Source: Eledone cirrhosa
Taxonomy: Eukaryota
NCBI GenBank assembly: GCA_964016885.1
Contig: OZ024742.1
Coordinates: 293,198,001-293,262,000 of the forward strand
Length of the DNA stretch: 64,000 nucleotides
Reading direction: 5' to 3'
How positions within the stretch are numbered: the first letter of the stretch is position 1; each line of letters opens with the position of its first letter. A program made the translations under genes and the position numbers. The notes below the pieces were generated by a model. It was not told the origin of the DNA and searched no databases. It was given only the letters and a program-made list of their open reading frames with translations. Shown in pieces: positions 42,366 to 55,892 of this stretch.

Positions 42366-44088
42366 AAATGGAAAATGATGAAGTATTCACAAAATCAGAA
42401 CTGCTCCTTTTAAGTTTGAATATCACAAGTCTTGCCTTGAAGTAAAAAAAAAGGAATATCTTATGCCAAGAACACGGCAGCTTAGCATAACATTTCAGTA
42501 ATCTCTGCCAACACAGCTGATATATTTATTTATTTATATATCTATCTATTTATTTTTGGCACAAATATTAAAGAACAAATTTATATATTCTATCCAATTC
42601 ATTGACAACTTGGACAAACTGATGGTAAAAATGAAGATTATGATAATATTGAATTAAGAACTTAACTTGACAGTGAAGTATGTAAAGAACTTATGTAGAT
42701 TAGGTATAAGTCTATTTAAGTGATTGCTTCTCTATAAAAATGAGGAATTGGTTAGTTGAAAGGAATAGCTGTCAATAATGGAGTAGGGGGAAATTAATGC
42801 GAGCTGAATGCCATATAGAATCTCTCAAAAACACAAACGGTAAATAAAGTTGATCTGTTTCCCTAATTTTTTTATTCTTTTACTGGTTTCACTCATTAGA
42901 CCAGCCATACTGGGATGTCACCTTGAAGGGATTTTGTCAGTATTATTGACCTCAGTACTTATTTTTCAAGTCTTCTGGTACTTCTTTGTTTTATCTATTG
43001 CTTTTTGCCAAACCACCGAGTTACAGGACATAAACAATTACAGATACACACATTATATGTGTGTGTATGTGTATATGTATGAATATATATATTATAAAGA
43101 ATCAGGACCTGATGACTGAGCTCTTGCCATTTCAACAACTAATTCGATACTCCGAAACTAGCTGTTGAAACAGGTCCCAATTCTTTAAATATAACCATAC
43201 TCTACTACGCCAAGTATTGAGTATTCTATTGAGTAATTGTCTAACCAGTTTCAAACTGATTCCATGCTGATTTATATACCCTTGCAAGGAGGGAAAAGCG
43301 GACGTAAAATGATGATGATGATAAATATATATACACACTCACACACGCACAAGAGGCTTCCACACAGTTTTCATCTACCAAATTTCACTCACAAGGCAAT
43401 TTGCAACCCAAGAAGAAACTTGCTGTAGTTGCTACACAGAACTGAACCAAAAACCGTGTGGTTGTGAAGTGAACTCCTTAACCACATGGCCATATCTGTG
43501 CCTACATAACAAGCTTTTTCTTGTAACAAGCATTACCCATCATACAACACCTACTTTTGAGAATATACTATTTTCTTAGTGGATAACATGAGATAATTGT
43601 TACATCCTCTCAGGTTTCAAATATTAGCGGGCGTTGGAATAAGAGGGGGATGGGGGTGGAAAATGGGTAATTTTTCTTGGCTGTTTCCAGAAAAATTAAG
43701 TGGTGGGGGGACAATTGTTCGAGACCTGATAGTAGGTAAAATGATTGATTTAGATTTTTTGTTCAAATTTCATTGTGCTTATAGAAAATAATGAAAAGAA
43801 TACTAATTTTGAACGTTATAATTTGCTATGCCTGAATTTGTTTCAAATAATTAATAAAATTGATCATGTTCAAACACTACAAATATAAGATTTAAGAATG
43901 CAATGATTTGAGAAAAAGAAAGAAAAAACATTGAGGAATGAAATATGTATATTTTTTCATCATCATCATCCATGTTTCCATTTGTATAAATGTTATAAGC
44001 ATATGCTCCTTATTCATAAGTTACTTTGTTAAAAAAATATGTTGAACAGTATGCATATCTCTCTCTATACACACACACACACGCACGC

Positions 44089-44190
44089 ACGGTGTCCCCC
44101 CCCCCAAAAAAAAAAAATGTATACACACTTAAACAGCATTCTAATAAAAGTGTGTAATCATTTTTTTTTAGGGGGGGGGGGCACTCTGTG
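44089..44190. mobile_element. Tc1/mariner-like mini-MITE
   Basis: CACGGTGTCCCC...AAAA and TTTT...GGGGCACTCTGTG termini; a second, inverted copy lies at ~46703-46775. Confidence 0.55.
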
Positions 44191-44559
44191 TGTGTGTGTA
44201 TATATATATATGTGCCAAACAAACAAAGGGTTGGGAGGACCCTTCAGCTGTGTCAAGGACATGACAACCTCCCTAGTGTTGGTGATTTATACAATAAACT
44301 AGTACATGCTGTAAAGTGGTTGAGGATAGGAAGAGCATCCAGCTGTAGAAAACTTGTTAAACAAAGAGTTGGAGGACTCTTGTCAAGGGCATGACAAAAT
44401 TTGCACAAACAAATGAATAAACACACACGCACTCTTATGCATGCACACATGTCCACTCAAAATATACAATGATTATCTCCCTTTTTAAACCTCTCTAATA
44501 TCTAAGATACCCACTGACCCAAAATGACTGAATACATGCATACTTTTTCTCAAATTTTT

Positions 44560-44728
44560 TTATCCATTCCTTTCTCTTCCCATTCTGTATCTTTCTATTT
44601 CATCTTTTATTTCTCATTCTATCTTCTGATGAAGGACTAGTGTTCGAAGTGTAGACTCTTTTCCTACTATATCAAGCGTTAAACTAATATATTTCTTCAT
44701 ACTGTGTTGTTTCCATTTACGTTTTGCA
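44560..44728 (+). mobile_element. Penelope-like terminal remnant with decayed hammerhead core
   Basis: Pyrimidine-rich tract, then TCTT-CTGATGA-A-GGAC-TAGT-GTTC-GAAG; ends in (TA)n. Confidence 0.45.
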
Positions 44729-44739
44729 TATATATATAT

Positions 44740-45125
44740 GGAGGCATATGGCTTAGTGGTTAGACCATTGGCCTTGCAATCGAAGGGTTGTGAGTTCAAT
44801 TCTCAGACCGGGTGATGTGTTGTTTCCTTGAGCAAGACACTTTATTTCACATTGCTCCAGTTTACTCAGCTGTAGAAATGAGATGCTAGGGACTGGGGTC
44901 CATATCATTCCACTGCAAAGTGGTTGTGGAGGTACCACGGCAAAAAAGCACCCAGCCCACACTGTAAAGTGGACATGGAGGTGCCACGGTAAAAAAGCAC
45001 CCAGCACTCACTGTAAATGAGGTTGGTGATAGGAAGGGCATCCAGCTGTAGAAATCAAGCCAGAATCAGTTCCTGTCCCACCCTTGCAAGCAGGGAAAAA
45101 GCGGACGTAAAGTGAAATGAAATGA
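44740..45125 (+). mobile_element. SINE group 2 with RTE tail, full length
   Basis: Same layout as 20625-20973 with one extra ~46-bp tail unit. Confidence 0.87.
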
Positions 45126-45225
45126 TATATAATAGATATTACTCTATGGGTTTATATATACAACCCTTATTGAGTCTTCTTTGGACTTTTGGTCTTTGTA
45201 TTTATTATTACTATATATATATATT

Positions 45226-45292
<67 letters not shown>

Positions 45293-45352
45293 CATCATCA
45301 TCAGCATCATTTTACGTCCGCTTTTCCCTGCTTGCAAGGGTGGGACGGGTCT

Positions 45353-45383
<31 letters not shown>

Positions 45384-45644
45384 AATAAAAACAGAAGTCA
45401 GATGTAGGTAGAGAGTTAGCTCATTGTTTTATGATTGTTTCAGAGGGTCGATTGATTGATGGGGATTGATATATCGATTAGCATGGTAGTGGTTACGTTA
45501 CTACCTATTTCTAGTCTCAAAAACTCTGTTCAATTGGCCATCCTCCTCAGAAACACAACCAGGTGGACTATAATATATAATATATAAAGTTTGTCATTTA
45601 ATTCAGAGAAAATACTCCCAACATTCGAAGGGTGACAGAGAAAA

Positions 45645-45813
45645 CACACTGTAAACGTGGTTGGTGTTAGGAAGGGCATCCAGCCGTAGGAAACCCGCCA
45701 GACAGTCCTATACGAGCGAGACATGGTCACCCGACCAATCTTGCCTCAAGTAGGACAATTCCCGTCTAAACCCATGCTAGTGTAGAAGATAGACGTTAAA
45801 CGATGATGATGAT
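45645..45813 (+). mobile_element. RTE 3' UTR fragment with (ATG)n tail
   Basis: GTTAGGAAGGGCATCCAG...AAACCCATGCTAG...ACGTTAAACGATGATG. Confidence 0.8.
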
Positions 45814-45923
45814 ATCTAAGAGTGAGGAATGTACAAGAACAATGACAATGTTAAACTGAAACCATAATGTAAAAGGAATAGTCTAGGTTTTTTATGCCTC
45901 TTTCTTTTAGAATATAACAGCTA

Positions 45924-46366
45924 CATCATCATCATCATCAACGTTTTACGTCCATTCTTCTACGCTAACATGGGTTAGACGGGTTGTCCTGTTGTGGGCA
46001 ATGCCAAGTCAGGTGACCATGCCTTGCTCACATGGAACTGATTCTGGCTTGATTTCTACAGCTGGATGCCCTTCCTATCACCAACCTCATTTACAGTGAG
46101 TGCTGGGTGCTTTTTTTCCGTGGCACCTACACGTCCACTTTACAGTGTGGGCTGGGTGCTTTTTTGTCGTGGCACTTCCATGACCACTTTGCAGTGGAAT
46201 GATAGGTACCCCAGTCCTATCATCTCATTTCTACAGCTGAATAAACTGGAGCAATGTGAAATAAAGTGTCTTGCTCAAGGAAACAACACATCACCCGGTT
46301 CGAGAATTGAACTCACAACCTTTCGATTGCAAGCCCAATGCTCTAACCACTAAGCCATGCACCTCA
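45924..46366 (-). mobile_element. SINE group 2 with the complete RTE subfamily B tail
   Basis: tRNA head and CORE-like domain joined to the subfamily B 3' UTR ending ...AACCCATGTTAGCGTAGAAGAATGGACGTAAAACG(ATG)n. Confidence 0.87.
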
Positions 46367-49061
46367 CATATGGATGAGAATATACATTACATAGTAGTAA
46401 TGGAATCTCATTATTTTCCTGTGACAATAAAGAATTCTGGCCCAGACATTCCTGAGGAGAGTATTTATTCTTAAGACAATGTCAAGGTTTTCTTCCAGTC
46501 AGGCTTTCCATTCAGTTTTCTAATTGCTACACATTGTGTCTGCTATGTCAAACTGACAGACATATCAACTTAGAACAATGCAGCTGCTATAGTCATAAAC
46601 TGCTGCAAAGCAGTCTTACACTCTCCTCCTTCTCTATCTATTAGTATCACCAACCCTCTTTTCCTTTGTCTCTTTAATTTGCTGTTAAGAATATATACAT
46701 ATACAGGTTGTCCCCCAAAAATGTATGCACGTTATTATTAGAATGCTGTTGAAGTGTGTATACATTTTTGAGGTATATATATTATATATATATGCTTGGC
46801 CTGTTTGACTTGTTTCAGACGTTAGACTACGACCATGCTGGGGCATGACCATTGAAAGTATTTAGTAGATCTTATTGACCCTAGTAAATTTTTTATCAAG
46901 TCTGGGGCTTATTTTATCAATCTCTTTCTGTTGAACTGCTAGGTTATGATAGATAAACAGTAAACACACACACACGTTACACTTCACATATATGTAGGTT
47001 TAGCTTGCTTCCCACATGGTTACATCTCATGTTTTTTTGGGATGTGTTTTAATGATAGGGACGCTAGTCCTGTCATACATATACATAAACATAGATGTGT
47101 GTGTGTGTGTAGAGAGAGAGGGAGAGGAATTATGAAATTGCATACTTTAGATAACTTTTCCTTATCACATATTATGTAAAGGTGGTATAGGTACACACAT
47201 GGCTGTGGTTAAGATGTTTGCTTTACATCCATAGTTTTGGAGTTTGATTCCAAGGTGTGGCACCCTGAGTAAACCCCCCAAAAATCTACGTATATACTAC
47301 AATCTTTTTGTCGAATGCTAAGTTATAAGGATATAGACACACACATATACATTTATATACATACATACATGTGTGCAGACACATATACATATACATACAT
47401 GCATATATGCAATGCAGAGGAGGCAACCCAAAACTGTGGCAGTGAAGCAAACTCCTTAACCACAGACATACCTGCCCCTATTTGTGGTTATTAGGTAATT
47501 AGATTTTTATTCCCTCTCATTAGAAAGCTGTTAATTAGTATACTACATTCCATCAATTAATCTGCCGCCGTTTGGTTTATTGCTATGTCCTTTTCTATTA
47601 TCTAGAATTGTTCTGTTAGTTTTATAACCTCCTTCCATTGTTTCTCTCTTACCAAGCATTATATTTTCAAGCAATTATTCTCATTTAGTGAATGGTTTCA
47701 GTGATATATTTATGAATTTCTGCTTCCTAAGTAACCTATATTGGAGGTATTTGATTTCTGGATGATAATGATAATTTTCTAGGCTGCTACTTCATAACTA
47801 TCTGTTTTATTTCATCATCATTGACGTCATCATTTTTATTCCAACTTTTTCTTGCTGGCATGGGTTGGATGAGTTCTTTTGAAGCAGTTTTTCATTTAGT
47901 TGGGTGCCCTTTCTTATTGTACATATGGTACATACTGCTGGTGCTTTGTTGAACAGTTATTCTGTTGGATTTACTGTTTTTATAAGCAATGTCAATGCTT
48001 TGCATTGACTCATACACGCACATATACATATTACACGCATACATATAGTTGGACATATATACACACATACACTGGACTTTGTACAGTTTATGTCTACCAC
48101 ATTCACTCACAAAGCTGTGGTTGGCCCAAACTATAGGGTTGTGAAGCAAACCTTTTATCCACACAGCCATGCCTATGCCTATTTAAATCCTTTTATTAAC
48201 AGCTTGTTTTAAAGTGTTTATATTTATCTAAAAGCTTCTTCCATCATAATGTTATGTAAGAACTTTTGTTATGTTAATACCGGCTTAATATTTTACTAAA
48301 TCCCTCTAAATTCTTGATTATTTTCATATTATTTGAAAATCATAGGCTGTCTTTTATGAGAAATATGGTAACAAGTTATTTAATGTTGCTTTTCTATACA
48401 TGCACAGAAATGGCTGTGGGTAAGAAGTTCCCTTTGCAACTACATGGTTTCAGGTTCTGTCCCACTGCATGGCACTGTGAGCAAGTGTTTTCTACTGTAG
48501 GTTTTGGTTGATTAGTGCTTTGTGAGTTAAATTTGGTAGATAGAAACTGTATTGATGCCTGTCGCGCATATGTTTACAGTTCAGATTGTTTATGTCCCAT
48601 AACAAAGTGGTTCAACAAAGATATTAATAGAATAAGTACTAGATTTTAATTTTTTTAAAATCCACTGGTGTTGATATGATCAACTTAATCACTTCTAGGC
48701 ATTGCTCCAACTTGGTCGCAGTGTAATGACTGAAACCAATAAAAGAATAAAAGAATAGGAATATGACAATTAGTCTGGCTTTGTTAGGTTGATATCAGAT
48801 TTCAAATCATGAGAGTGTGAAAAGTAATGGCAGTTTACAGTTGAGTGCTTAACATATTGTAAGTCATCTGGTTTTGTTAAAGTAACCCACAGAGTCAAAC
48901 AATGTTCCATTCAGAAATTCCATATCAAAAGACCATTATTTTCATTCTAGTAGAAATAGAACATGAAGAATGTTTCTTTAGTATGGATTCTTTCAATATT
49001 CTTTGTTACATTAAACAATTCCTTTGGCTCTTTCTGTTAGCACTATTACTTTTGTAGTTAC

Positions 49062-49345
49062 TCATCATCATCATCATCAATTTATGCATTTTTCCATCCC
49101 TGCATGGGTCAGTTGGTTCAGTCCAGTATAGCTTCTCTCCATTTGCAGTGTTCCTTTATCTCCTCTGTGAAGTACAGCATTTGGAGATCAGTTTTAACGC
49201 TCTATTCCTGGATTTTTCTCAGTCTTCCTCTACTGTAGCTTCCTTCCCCTGGCATGTCTTCACTTAGCGTTCATTATCCATATGCATCACATGTCCATAC
49301 CATTGCAATATTCTCTCTTGTATGCCACATCTGATTTCTCTTAGA
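49062..49345 (-). mobile_element. Old degraded RTE 3' end
   Basis: (CAT)n tail and an IRCG...LQWYGHVMHMDNER remnant. Confidence 0.65.
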
Positions 49346-50482
49346 AACTATCACATGTATATTGTATAACCATCATCACCATCACCCCCCTCCACAACAC
49401 CCATAATCCCCATCATCATCATCATAATCTCCATTGTCTTCATGGGTTGGACAGAATTCTATAGCTGGATGCTTTCCTGATGCCAACACTTCATTTTAAG
49501 TATGATTCTCATTCCACCGATCTTGAACCTCTGAACTGCTAAGTTGTGGAACATTTATGCAGGATATTAACAAATAGCACTAGATGTTGAAGTGCTGTCA
49601 ACATGAAGACGTGTGGCCACAAATACACATAAATACTTGGGCTTCTCTGCAGTTTCTATCTACCAAATTTCACTTGAGAAAGTAGTAACTCCAAGGCTAT
49701 AAGTAGAAGACTTTTGCTCAAAGAGCTACACAGTGAGATTGAACTCGAAACCACGTGGAATCTCTTAATGACACAGTTATGCTTACACCTTCTAATATAC
49801 CTTTAAACTACATTCTTTCAAGAACATGTTGTAGAAATTCACCTCCATATTTTTCTGGTGACTCTCCAGAAACTCTTTGGTACTATTTGTTCTTATGTAG
49901 AAACTATCAATCTGAGAAAGAGGCCATATTGAAATTAATCTTTAACAAACTACCAAGATTGGAAGTTCAATATATGATTAAATGTCTACCAAATATAAAC
50001 AAAATTTTTGAGTTCATGGAAGCTAGGAAAAGATTCAACAACAGAAACTTCTAGCTGTTTTTCACCCACCCTTGTTTCCTATTTTCCTTTTCTTTTTCGT
50101 TTTCTTTTTCTTAGGCATAACTGCCTCCCATAGGCCTTCAATATTTGAATTTTTTTTATTATTATATATTCTTTTTTTTATTACTTGTCTCACTTGCTCT
50201 TTTTGATTACCAACTGTAAGGAGTACTCGATATTTCCCTTATGCTGTCATGGCTTACTAGCTCTACATGGACGTTTAAATTGATTAAATAAATAAATATA
50301 TATATTAGTGCTTGGTTATGTTTCTGTTGTCTCATTTATGTACAGTCTCATGTTCTCCCTAGTGCACAGGGGAGGTTGTCATGTCTTTAACACAACTGAG
50401 GGTCCTCCTAGCCCTTGGTTTGGCAAGCTCTATATCTGACATGATTTTTTGTGCCTTGTCATGTGTTTTTGATTGATAGTAT

Positions 50483-50762
50483 GGAGGTGCGTGGTCTAGT
50501 GGTAAGGGTGTTGGATTTATGATCATATTGTCTGTCGTGGGTTCGATTCCTAGGCTGGGTGGTGTGTTGCGTTCTTGAGCAAAAACACTTCATTTCACAT
50601 TGCTCCACTATACTCAACTGAAAATGAGTACCAACAATAGCTGGAGGTTTAAACCTGTGATGGACTGGTGTCCTATCCAGAGGGGAGTCTTGTACTCTCA
50701 GTCGCTTCACACCATAAAACTGGGATAAGCACCGGCCTGGTGAGCCTCCTGGCTTGAGACTG
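50483..50762 (+). mobile_element. SINE group 2 with non-RTE tail
   Basis: A box TGGTCTAGTGG, B box GGTTCGATTCC, CORE-like domain; tail as in 32230-32513. Confidence 0.82.
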
Positions 50763-51577
50763 ATAGGCTCTTCTAAAGTACTACATTTTTTTTCTTGAAA
50801 AACTAAATCTTGAAATACAATTCTGACAAGCTTGAAGTTAGAAAGCTGCATGAATAGATTTCAACAGTATCTTTTTATCTCATTGAGTGGAGTCTTATAT
50901 TGTGTTTCATAAAGAAGCAAATATGAAAAATAAAATGTTTTTAATTAAAGACTGACATGTAGTTAAACACAACATCGTTTCATGTTATCATATGCCATCT
51001 ATTTTAAATAATTTCTGATGATAAATGTTATGTTTAAGGCTGAATGTAAATAGCATTAGATATAATATACTTTAGCAAGGTGATATTTTATCTAAATCAA
51101 TTTATAATCATAGCTAAATAACTAATCACGTAGTATTCTTTTGACCTGTACAGGATATATGCTATATAAAATAGTTTGGATAATAAATATTTTGTCTGCT
51201 ACCTCCATCAGCATTACCACCACTATCAGTTGCATTATCATCATCCTCATCACCCCCACTTCCACCATCTTCATGTTTTAAGACCGTATTCCCTGCTAAA
51301 TCAGGGGTTGGTCCTTGCAGGCCTCATGATAGGCTTCATACATATTATGGAGCCCCTTTCAGGTAATGTTTACAGCCAGATGTACTTCCTTGTGCCAACC
51401 CTTTTAATTGCCTCTTACAACACAGGGATACATTGTACCTATTCTAAACCAGATACACACAGGAAAATGCTACAAAAAACAGTAGTACTTTTTAAATATT
51501 GGGTTAAGTAAATAAAAATTAACTTCTATGATGTTTTCATGTTCATTAAAATAATGAATGTTGATATTAAACTAATG

Positions 51578-51833
51578 TTAACTTTCTTGTTACCATATTT
51601 CAAATAAAAAATATAGCCTATAATTTTCAAATAGATCAAATAGATCATTTTGAAAATAATCAAGAATTTGGTAGAATTTAGAAATATAACATTCTCATTA
51701 TTAAGCTGGTGTTAAGAGCAAAAATTCTTACTCTCACAATAAATTTTTTTTTAAGTATAAATATTTTAAAATAAACAGCCTGGTTTCATAGAACCAACAG
51801 TGGTTTCAGACAGTTTGGTATCAAAAGGGTTAA
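51578..51833 (-). mobile_element. piggyBac-like MITE (TTAA-flanked)
   Basis: TTAA at both ends; ends ...GGTATCAAAAGGG-TTAA; reverse complement of the 33342 family. Confidence 0.7.
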
Positions 51834-51904
51834 AAGTATTAAACTGGAAAAACTAATCCTATATTATACTGAGTACTTTACTTGAGACACATGATGAAGA
51901 TATA

Positions 51905-52135
51905 GCCCACATTGTAAAGTGGACGTGTAGGGGCCACGGAAAAAAAGCACCCAGCACTCACTGTAAATGAGGTTGGTGTTAGGAAGGGCATCCAGCTATA
52001 GAAATCAAGCCAGAATCAGTTCTCGTAGGAGCAAGACAAGGTCAGCTGACCGGACACTGCCCACAACAGGACAACCCGTCTAACCCATGCTAGCATGGAA
52101 GAACGGGCGTAAAACGATGATGAGGCTGATGATGA

Positions 52136-52136
<1 letters not shown>
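51905..52136 (+). mobile_element. RTE subfamily B 3' UTR fragment
   Basis: Subfamily B UTR plus (ATG)n tail. Confidence 0.87.
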
Positions 52137-52165
<29 letters not shown>

Positions 52166-52166
<1 letters not shown>

Positions 52167-53042
52167 TTTGAGGGGAAAGCCTTTTGCAGCTAGCAGTGGC
52201 AGTAGCTCCCTGAACTTCTTCCATCCCATTCTTATCCCTGGAAAGTACAATAACTAGGGTAAGAACGGGATGGAAGAAGTTCAGGGAGCTACTGCCACTG
52301 CTAGCTGCAAAAGGCTTTCCCCTCAAAATGAAAGGCAGACTGTATGATGCGTGTATACGAACAGCAATGTTACATGGTAGTGAGACCTGGGTGCTGTCTG
52401 TGGAAGACTTGCGTAGATTAGAAAGAAACAAAGCCTGCATGCTCCGATGGATGTGTAATAGTAATATATGCGAACGGCAAAGCATAAATGAATTGAGAGA
52501 GAGACTGAGCATAAGAGGAATCAAATGCTGTGTGCAGGAGAGGCGGTTGCGTTGGTATGGATATGTAATGCGTATGAAGGATGACAGCTGCATAAAAAGG
52601 TGCAGAGCATTAGAAGTCGATGGAAACCGCAGAGTGGGGAGACCGAAGAAGACCTGGGATGAGGTGATAAAAGCCGACCTTACCCAATTACACCTCTCAA
52701 AGGCGATGACACACGACCGTGACCTCTGGCGTCACGCAGTAATACAGAAGACCCAACCCCCCACGGGTACAAGCCGAAGCTGAAGCATATAGACAATATG
52801 CCCCCACACCCTCCCACTGCAAAGTGGTCGTGGAGGTGCCACGGCAAAAAAGCACCCAGCACTCACTGTAAATCAGGTTGGTGTTAGGAAGGGCATCCAG
52901 CTGTAGAAATCAAGCCCGAATCAGTTCCCGTATGAGCAAGACAAGGTCAGCCGACCGGACACTGCCCACAACAGGACAACCCGTCTAACCCATGCTAGCG
53001 TGGAAGAACAGACGTAAAACAGTGATGATGATGATGATGATG
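52166..53042 (+). mobile_element. RTE subfamily B, 5'-truncated, with a fold-back inverted duplication at the 5' end
   Basis: ORF 52328..52783 is the RTE C-terminus; 52166-52239 is the reverse complement of 52256-52328. Confidence 0.9.
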
Positions 53043-53084
53043 TAAGCATGGAAAAGCGGAAGTAAAATGTTGATGATATATATA

Positions 53085-53271
53085 TAGGTAAAATTCCGTT
53101 ATAACGAATACCATTATAACAAATTTTTCAGTATAACAAATTTTTTTTCAATCCCAAGGTAATAACAAACAAACGCTCGATTTGTTTCGGTCGATCTCAT
53201 TATAAAGAATTTTTTGTTACAACAAATTTTTTTATACCCTCTGAATTTCGTTATAACGAAATTTCACTGTA
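53085..53271. mobile_element. pogo/Tigger-like MITE in TA context
   Basis: Termini TAGGTAAAATTCCGTTATAACGAA and TTCGTTATAACGAAATTTCACTGTA; internal TTATAAC(G/A)AA sub-repeats. Confidence 0.65.
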
Positions 53272-53311
53272 TATATATATGACATTCTAAAACATTTTCT
53301 GAAATGAATCA

Positions 53312-53797
53312 CTAAATAAAAACAAGACAAGCTACAACATACTAATGATGTTAAAACAATCTGAACAAATGCATAGAAGCCATACTAGGGCTCATAACAG
53401 TACACACAAAAAATAGCTCTGCTAGGAACAGCTCATATCCTGCACTCGTTTCAATAGCACAGTTCAAATAGAATAATCTTCACATGCTGTACAATAAATA
53501 CCTAATAGAATAAAACAATACAACTCACACATGTACTTTATAAGATTGGTACTTAATAAAATAGAACAACTCACTGTACACACACCACATAACAGAACAA
53601 AACAAACACTAAAATAACTCAACAAATAACAAAACAAGACTGGTGTACATCACTAACAGGAGGAATCTATATTCCACTCATCTTTGCAAAAATATGAACA
53701 CTATGCTACACACACCTCAAGAACATGGAGATGCACCAGGTGATGCAGTAGAAACTTGCATTAAACTCCTGAAGTTATAATAATAATATGTGATGTG
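53312..53797 (+). mobile_element. R4/Dong-like (RLE-type) non-LTR 3' end with 28-bp flanking direct repeat
   Basis: KIALLGTAHIL (53410-53442), typical of the R4/Dong C-terminus; A/C-rich UTR and (TAA)n tail at ~53777-53787; flanks 53284-53311 and 53798-53825 match at 26 of 28 positions. Confidence 0.7.
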
Positions 53798-53829
53798 ATT
53801 CTAGAACATTTTTTGAAATGAATCAATCA

Positions 53830-53853
53830 GCCTTTTGGCTAAGATCAAAGTAT
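53830..53853 (+). pseudogene. U2 snRNA 5' fragment
   Basis: GCCTTTTGGCTAAGATCAA is identical to the conserved U2 5' region, then AGTAT follows after an apparent GTGT deletion. Confidence 0.6.
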
Positions 53854-53854
53854 A

Positions 53855-53869
53855 CTGCTGCTGCTGCTG

Positions 53870-53925
<56 letters not shown>

Positions 53926-53964
53926 GATAATAATAATAATAATAATAATAATGGTAATAATAAT
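53855..53964. repeat. Compound trinucleotide microsatellite (CTG)n(CTA)n(ATA)n
   Basis: Directly visible. Confidence 0.95.
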
Positions 53965-55161
53965 CAAATACTAATTACTTAAGGGATTAGATGGCTACTT
54001 ATGCTTAAGTGGAGTATTGGTAATTATAATAAAGAGATCTTTTTATTTAATGTCAGTCTTTTATTTCTATTCCCAGTATGACAGATGAAGTCTTTGATCA
54101 TAATTTAGTTAATGGTTTCTAATATAGGCACAACGTTAGATATTTTTGGAAAAAGAAACAATGATTTATATCAACTGCAATACATGTTAACCCCTTTGAT
54201 ACCATATCACCTGAAACTGCTTCTGGATCCAATCAAAGATTCTAGTTTTAAGTAAAATGTGCTTTTGTTTGTGTTTATAAACTGGGAAATATAAACTAGA
54301 AACATAATTAAAAGGATTTAAAACTAAATGTCATCAGTTAAATTATATTCTAGTAACTTTATTATTGATATTATTAATGAATAATTATATATCATCATTG
54401 TTTAACATCCATCTTGCACGCTAGCTACACACACACTTATATATATGTATCATTATCATCATCATCATCGTTTTTATGTCTCAGTGAGACCACCTTTGCA
54501 ATTGGTGATATATTGCTTATGTCCTGAAACTTAGTGGTTCAACACTGATGAAGATGAGTGGAATGATTAGTTTACTTATTTTCAAGTACCATACTTGAAA
54601 ACAAATAAGGGTTGATGTCAGTAAGGGCACCCACCCATAGAACACTGCCTTTAAAAGTCTCATCCAACCCAAAGCCAGTATAGCCAAGCAGATGTAAAAT
54701 GATCATGATGATTATGATGATATCCATATATACTTACTCTCATATGCATTTAAAAATCCCAGACAATGAGAACTCTGTTAACTTACCATACATTAATACA
54801 TGATGATACAGGATCCTAATTATAGAAATAAAACACTTTGAAGTAGGTAACTGCAGATGGTCATAAAATAGAGATCTTACATACACTTGGAGGAAATGAT
54901 TTATAAATAGACCAACTGATGTCTATTTTATTTTCTTCAATACAAATGGGTCAAACCCGTACAGAATGTTAATTAGTAAACTAGAAGCATTTATTATTTG
55001 TGTCCCCTTGGCATTGTCAGTATAGAAACTCCATTATTTAAGAACAGGCTAAGTTCTTGGAGTTTGTAAGTCCAAATGTTTGTATTTCCAACATTACTCT
55101 TGTCACAATATTATACAAAACAATAAACATTTTCAGGTCATTTTTCTTGCTGAAACAAAGA

Positions 55162-55379
55162 TTAACTCTTTAGCATTTACATTACTCTATATATATTATT
55201 GTATGTTTGTGGTAAAGGCTTTACCTCACATAATTATTTCACATAATATCGGATCTATGAGATTTTGATGTTATTTATTTTGAGAACAATACCTTAACAT
55301 CAGTATGAACACCCAGTTATGGCTGGTTTGAACAGAAAGAGGTGAGAGAATTCTGGCTGGTTAAATGGTAAAGGATTAA
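55162..55379 (+). mobile_element. Second TTAA-flanked MITE family
   Basis: TTAA-CTCTTTAGCATTT ... AAATGGTAAAGGA-TTAA; related inverted sequence at ~37180-37385. Confidence 0.6.
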
Positions 55380-55537
55380 CTTTGTGGGTGTATGATAGGC
55401 TTCATACTCATCATGGGGTCTTTTTTGAGGCAATGTTTTGTAGCCAGATACCCTTGTGGTGCCAGCCCTTTTAGTTACCTTTAACCTTGATACACACAGA
55501 TATTAAGTTATATACAATACTCTGTGTGTATGTTTAT

Positions 55538-55892
55538 CTAAAAAAACAATACTGACATTGTAATTAAGGAAGCGGACAAGGGAAGTAGTCATCATTATGG
55601 ATGTTAAACACTATAAAAATTCTATGTTCTCTCTCTTACAAGACACTAACTACTATGAAAGAGTAAAAAACTACCAGCAATCAAAAACGATGACCAGATT
55701 AAACACATTCATTTGTCGATACCAGGAAGACTTAACTAAAAAAGGAACACGATTATTTAACACATTTTGAATACAAAACCAGCAACCTTTACGGACTTCC
55801 AAAGATCCACGAGTGTAAAATAATTAACGATGCCTGTAAAGAATTCACCTCATCCTGCGTGAACACACAACACCCCACTGACCTTATACTTT
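55538..55892 (+). pseudogene. Penelope-like element reverse transcriptase fragment (N-terminal part)
   Basis: DIVIKEADKG(S)/VIIMD...LQDTNYY...NLYGLPKIH, the PLE ADKG and YGLPKIH motifs; two frameshifts. Confidence 0.85.

Noticed and set aside
49755-50054. 99-aa ORF in AT-rich sequence
   Set aside because: Non-ATG start inside a decayed SINE-like region and no recognisable domain; at most a transposon remnant.
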